Part shown: piece by piece, positions 61,304-64,000 of the stretch
How positions within the stretch are numbered: position 1 is the first letter of the stretch
Layout: every line of letters begins with the position of its first letter
From: a virus
IMG/VR virus record: IMGVR_UViG_3300045988_143356
Reading direction: 5' to 3' (one strand)
DNA: 64,000 nt
Translations under genes and position numbers: made by a program
The notes under the pieces: generated by a model
What the model saw: the letters and a program-made list of their open reading frames with translations, nothing else
Told to the model about the DNA's origin: nothing
Database searches by the model: none

Positions 61304-61574
61304 CCCTGATTGTTTTGAAACGTTCATAATCCACAGTCCCGCGACCAGCGGCCGCCAAGACCTTGAGGCACAACGCCTCGTCACCCACATGATAGGCTTT
61401 CAGCATCGACATGTCAACCTGATAATCCGCAGACACGTACGCCAAGGGCAGATAACCCTCGTGCCTGAAGTTCTCCCTTCCGATGTTCCAGACAACGCAT
61501 CCGGCAGGCCACGTATCGACAACCTCGTAGCGGTCGATCCTGCCCCAGCGATTTTCATTTTTTATTGTCTTCAT
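61296..61574 (-). CDS. Hypothetical protein
   Basis: 92 aa ORF. Confidence 0.5.
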   Translation of the reverse strand: MKTIKNENRWGRIDRYEVVDTWPAGCVVWNIGRENFRHEGYLPLAYVSADYQVDMSMLKAYHVGDEALCLKVLAAAGRGTVDYERFKTIRDE

Positions 61575-61822
61575 ATTTTAATGATTTCAACGTAAGCCGT
61601 ACCAGTATATGCCTCCGTGTACATCCGGAAAGACACGAAAGCCCCAGCCTCTCGCGTGGCCGACTCCGCGTTGTCCGTGCCGTACATCTTGCGGAAGTCC
61701 GCCACTATGTCACGGAACCCCGCCTGAGCGTCTGCCAAATTGGCACACACTACCCTCTTTATCCGGTCAAGGCTCGGATAATATGCCAAGACCATGTACT
61801 TAATCACATTCTCCATATACAA
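61571..61822 (-). CDS. Hypothetical protein
   Basis: 83 aa ORF. Confidence 0.5.
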   Translation of the reverse strand: MYMENVIKYMVLAYYPSLDRIKRVVCANLADAQAGFRDIVADFRKMYGTDNAESATREAGAFVSFRMYTEAYTGTAYVEIIKI

Positions 61823-62261
61823 ACCATTTTTTGACCGGCATATAAAATTTTATATCCTGTTTCGCGCCCGATCCGTTGCGACCCCAAACCCGCAGCAAAG
61901 CCGAGGTTACTCCCCATTCGGTCATATCCGCAATCCTGACACGGTGGAAAGCCCCACCCGATACAGACAGCCCCTGACCGTTGGTCATAGCCCACCAGTT
62001 GTCACACACCGTGACCGTGTTATCGTTGTGCACCTTTTCGACTATCGCGTCATAGGTCTTGCCGTAATGCACCAGATTGACAATATCGCCACACATCACG
62101 CCGTTGCGGCCTTGCGTCAACACGCGCGTTAAGTCGAACCCGTTTGCCGCCTCGTTGGCTATTTGTAAGTTTTCCAGCCACACCTCATCGCTGTGCTCGC
62201 GGCCTTCATCCCATTCCTGATTAAGCCGCTTGAATTTTTCTAAAACTTCTTTATAATTCAT
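61800..62261 (-). CDS. Hypothetical protein
   Basis: 153 aa ORF. Confidence 0.55.
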   Translation of the reverse strand: MNYKEVLEKFKRLNQEWDEGREHSDEVWLENLQIANEAANGFDLTRVLTQGRNGVMCGDIVNLVHYGKTYDAIVEKVHNDNTVTVCDNWWAMTNGQGLSVSGGAFHRVRIADMTEWGVTSALLRVWGRNGSGAKQDIKFYMPVKKWFVYGECD

Positions 62262-62460
62262 TGTTTATCCGTTTTACAGCCTCGTCCCTCAGGACTCCGG
62301 CCTTTTCCTTGCATTCCAATTCTATCTTCCCGTCAGGCCGGATCCACGCCTCCCACAAAGCGCCATACTTGTAGAAGGCGCGGAACTCGCCAAGACCATC
62401 GCACGCTATACGCGCGATGTTATTGTCCGGAATATTAAACATAATCCCAAACAGCGTCAA
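62251..62460 (-). CDS. Hypothetical protein
   Basis: 69 aa ORF. Confidence 0.45.
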   Translation of the reverse strand: MTLFGIMFNIPDNNIARIACDGLGEFRAFYKYGALWEAWIRPDGKIELECKEKAGVLRDEAVKRINNEL

Positions 62461-62773
62461 ATTTCTGTGTCCTGAACGCCTTGGCTATGCGTTCGGCGTT
62501 CCGGTTCATCCTTTCGACAAACTCCCTGAACCTCTTCGGGCTCTTGCGCTCGCAACCCTCAAGAAAGTACACCCTGCTCGCGTCGCCTTCGCCAAGCGAC
62601 ACCCTGTCATATTCGACATTACCGAGCGTCAGGCGTTGTATCCGCACGTCACGGACGGCAAGATAATAGCCGCGCCGCCCGAAAAGACGGGAGCACGGCT
62701 CGCCCTTCATATACATACATTCGAGTTGCGTGAACCTGTCGCCCAACTCCGGAATATTCACCTTGCACTCCAT
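62435..62773 (-). CDS. Hypothetical protein
   Basis: 112 aa ORF. Confidence 0.5.
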   Translation of the reverse strand: MECKVNIPELGDRFTQLECMYMKGEPCSRLFGRRGYYLAVRDVRIQRLTLGNVEYDRVSLGEGDASRVYFLEGCERKSPKRFREFVERMNRNAERIAKAFRTQKFDAVWDYV

Positions 62774-62988
62774 TATACAAATATATAATATTCAATCATG
62801 TAATACCTACTCGACAGCCGCACCGTCCGCATGTTGGCGGTGCGCACAATATATCCCTTGCCGAACTTGCCCGAATACGGCACTACCTCGCCATCGCGCT
62901 TTACCGACAGATAACCGCGCTCGGTGGCACTGTGATGGTAGCGGAGACTCCCCTCCGCCACCATTTTTTCAATATCCTTGCGTGTCAT
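62773..62988 (-). CDS. Hypothetical protein
   Basis: 71 aa ORF. Confidence 0.45.
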   Translation of the reverse strand: MTRKDIEKMVAEGSLRYHHSATERGYLSVKRDGEVVPYSGKFGKGYIVRTANMRTVRLSSRYYMIEYYIFV

Positions 62989-62989
62989 G

Positions 62990-63310
62990 CTACTTGACCA
63001 CCATTACGTGACACCAAAATTTCACCTGCTCCTCTATGTTGTAGGTGAAGGCACAGACCGAGCTTCCGTTGAAGTATCCGGCCCCATTTGATTCAAACCC
63101 GTAATAAGGCTTGAACGTGCACCAGAACCCCAAGCCGCTGGACAGCAGGTCCGGCGAGGTCGATTCCGAAACGATCAACATCGCCTCCACCTGATCCGGA
63201 AGCCTGCCGCCCTTCTCCGCCGCGAACTTCTGAGCGTCCGCGAAACTCATAACCTTTTCGGACACGGCTATAACCTCAATAGCCAAGTCCCTGGAAAAAT
63301 TCTTCTTCAT
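62990..63310 (-). CDS. Hypothetical protein
   Basis: 106 aa ORF. ...FADAQKFAAEKGGRLPDQVE... is weakly lectin/DUF1566-like. Confidence 0.5.
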   Translation of the reverse strand: MKKNFSRDLAIEVIAVSEKVMSFADAQKFAAEKGGRLPDQVEAMLIVSESTSPDLLSSGLGFWCTFKPYYGFESNGAGYFNGSSVCAFTYNIEEQVKFWCHVMVVK

Positions 63311-63322
63311 ATTCGTTACTTT

Positions 63323-63853
63323 TTAATAGATATTGATTTTCATTTGTTTGTACGGATACCCCTCGGTCGTCTCGTCCAAGACCTCCAAGGCCGTGCCGCA
63401 TATCTTTGCGATCCTTGCGGCCAGATCCTCCTCCATCTTGAACTTAGACTTCCTCGGCCACGACCTGCCCATCGCTTTCCAAGCGTTCTTCAGGCCGCAC
63501 ATGCACAGGAACGACTTCTCGGCATCCGCCTTGGTCAACCATATATGGCCGTAACCGGATACCTCGAACACGTTCGCCCTGAAGTTCACGGTGAACGTGA
63601 CGTACATACCGTTCTCCGGAATCCCATTCTCGCAATCCTCCAAGCGGGTGAACCGGATAGTCACCCGCTGCCACTCCGGCCCGAACTCGCCAAAGCCCGC
63701 CACGTTGTGCAGGCCGAGGCTGTTCAGGCAGTCATTCAACCGCCCGAAGCGCTCACGGCACTCCTTTATCATCCGTTCGTTGGCGTCATACGCCTCCTTG
63801 GTCTCGAAGCACTCCGCCCCGATTATCCCGCTGCTGTAAACTCGTTCGTACAT
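63323..63853 (-). CDS. Hypothetical protein
   Basis: 176 aa ORF. Confidence 0.55.
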   Translation of the reverse strand: MYERVYSSGIIGAECFETKEAYDANERMIKECRERFGRLNDCLNSLGLHNVAGFGEFGPEWQRVTIRFTRLEDCENGIPENGMYVTFTVNFRANVFEVSGYGHIWLTKADAEKSFLCMCGLKNAWKAMGRSWPRKSKFKMEEDLAARIAKICGTALEVLDETTEGYPYKQMKINIY

Positions 63854-63868
63854 ATTATACCGTTGTTT

Positions 63869-64000
63869 TTAGAGTCGTGACCTGTATATATCGAGATACC
63901 GGCCCGATACTTGGCTATTCCACAAGCGCGAGTTATTTAAGTCGCGATAATCGTTCAGGATGTACTCCTCTGCCTCATCGACCGTATTGAAGTGACCCAC
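63869..64000 (-). CDS. Partial CDS (3' end only; the 5' end lies beyond the window)
   Basis: The frame is open from 64000: VGHFNTVDEAEEYILNDYRDLNNSRLWNSQVSGRYLDIYRSRL*. Confidence 0.45.
   Translation of the reverse strand: MGHFNTVDEAEEYILNDYRDLNNSRLWNSQVSGRYLDIYRSRL

Overview
The window looks like most or all of a roughly 64-kb siphovirus-type dsDNA phage or prophage. It has a tape-measure protein, a G/GT chaperone pair and a major tail protein, and no sheath gene. The host is probably in the Bacteroidota. Evidence for that: five operon-leading TAnnTTTG promoter boxes (four of them TATCTTTG), BACON-like domains, and a DUF3127-like SSB.

Layout:
- 1-8.9 kb (+): early recombination and replication genes. 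These include a gp2.5/DUF669-like protein, a YqaJ-type exonuclease, an SF2 helicase, a VRR-NUC nuclease, an SSB-like protein and two DNA methyltransferases.
- 8.96-12.2 kb (-): portal and large terminase.
- 12.4-40 kb (+): scaffold, capsid, connectors, tail tube, G/GT, a 1744-aa tape measure, distal tail proteins and fibres.
- 40-42.2 kb (+): lysis cassette with an M15 endolysin.
- 42.5-45.5 kb (+): a self-contained six-gene operon of unknown function.
- 45.5-64 kb (-): a long run of tightly packed small early genes. These include dUTPase, a ThyX-like protein, HTH regulators, HExxH proteins, Zn-ribbon mini-proteins, a small serine recombinase and a lytic transglycosylase.

I found no rRNA, no CRISPR array, no reverse transcriptase and no tyrosine integrase.

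Most notable observations:
1. A 340-nt ORF-free gap at 56.04-56.38 kb (- strand) holds two tRNA-type T-arm/acceptor modules and three intervening hairpins. It does not fold into a canonical tRNA or tmRNA by hand.
2. BACON-like domains appear split across stop/start boundaries of adjacent fibre-region genes, twice, inside a low-GC cassette.
3. Both methyltransferase genes carry poly-G tracts. The G10 tract breaks the frame of one; the G9 tract is in frame in the other.
4. A 222-bp hexanucleotide array encodes (S/D/Y-G)x37.
5. The genome is a strong compositional mosaic. Hand-counted 60-nt lines give about 55-60 % GC in the core and about 35-45 % GC in islands at 31.35-37.06 kb and about 45.5-54.35 kb.

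All functional calls rest on motif recognition by eye. No database search was run.
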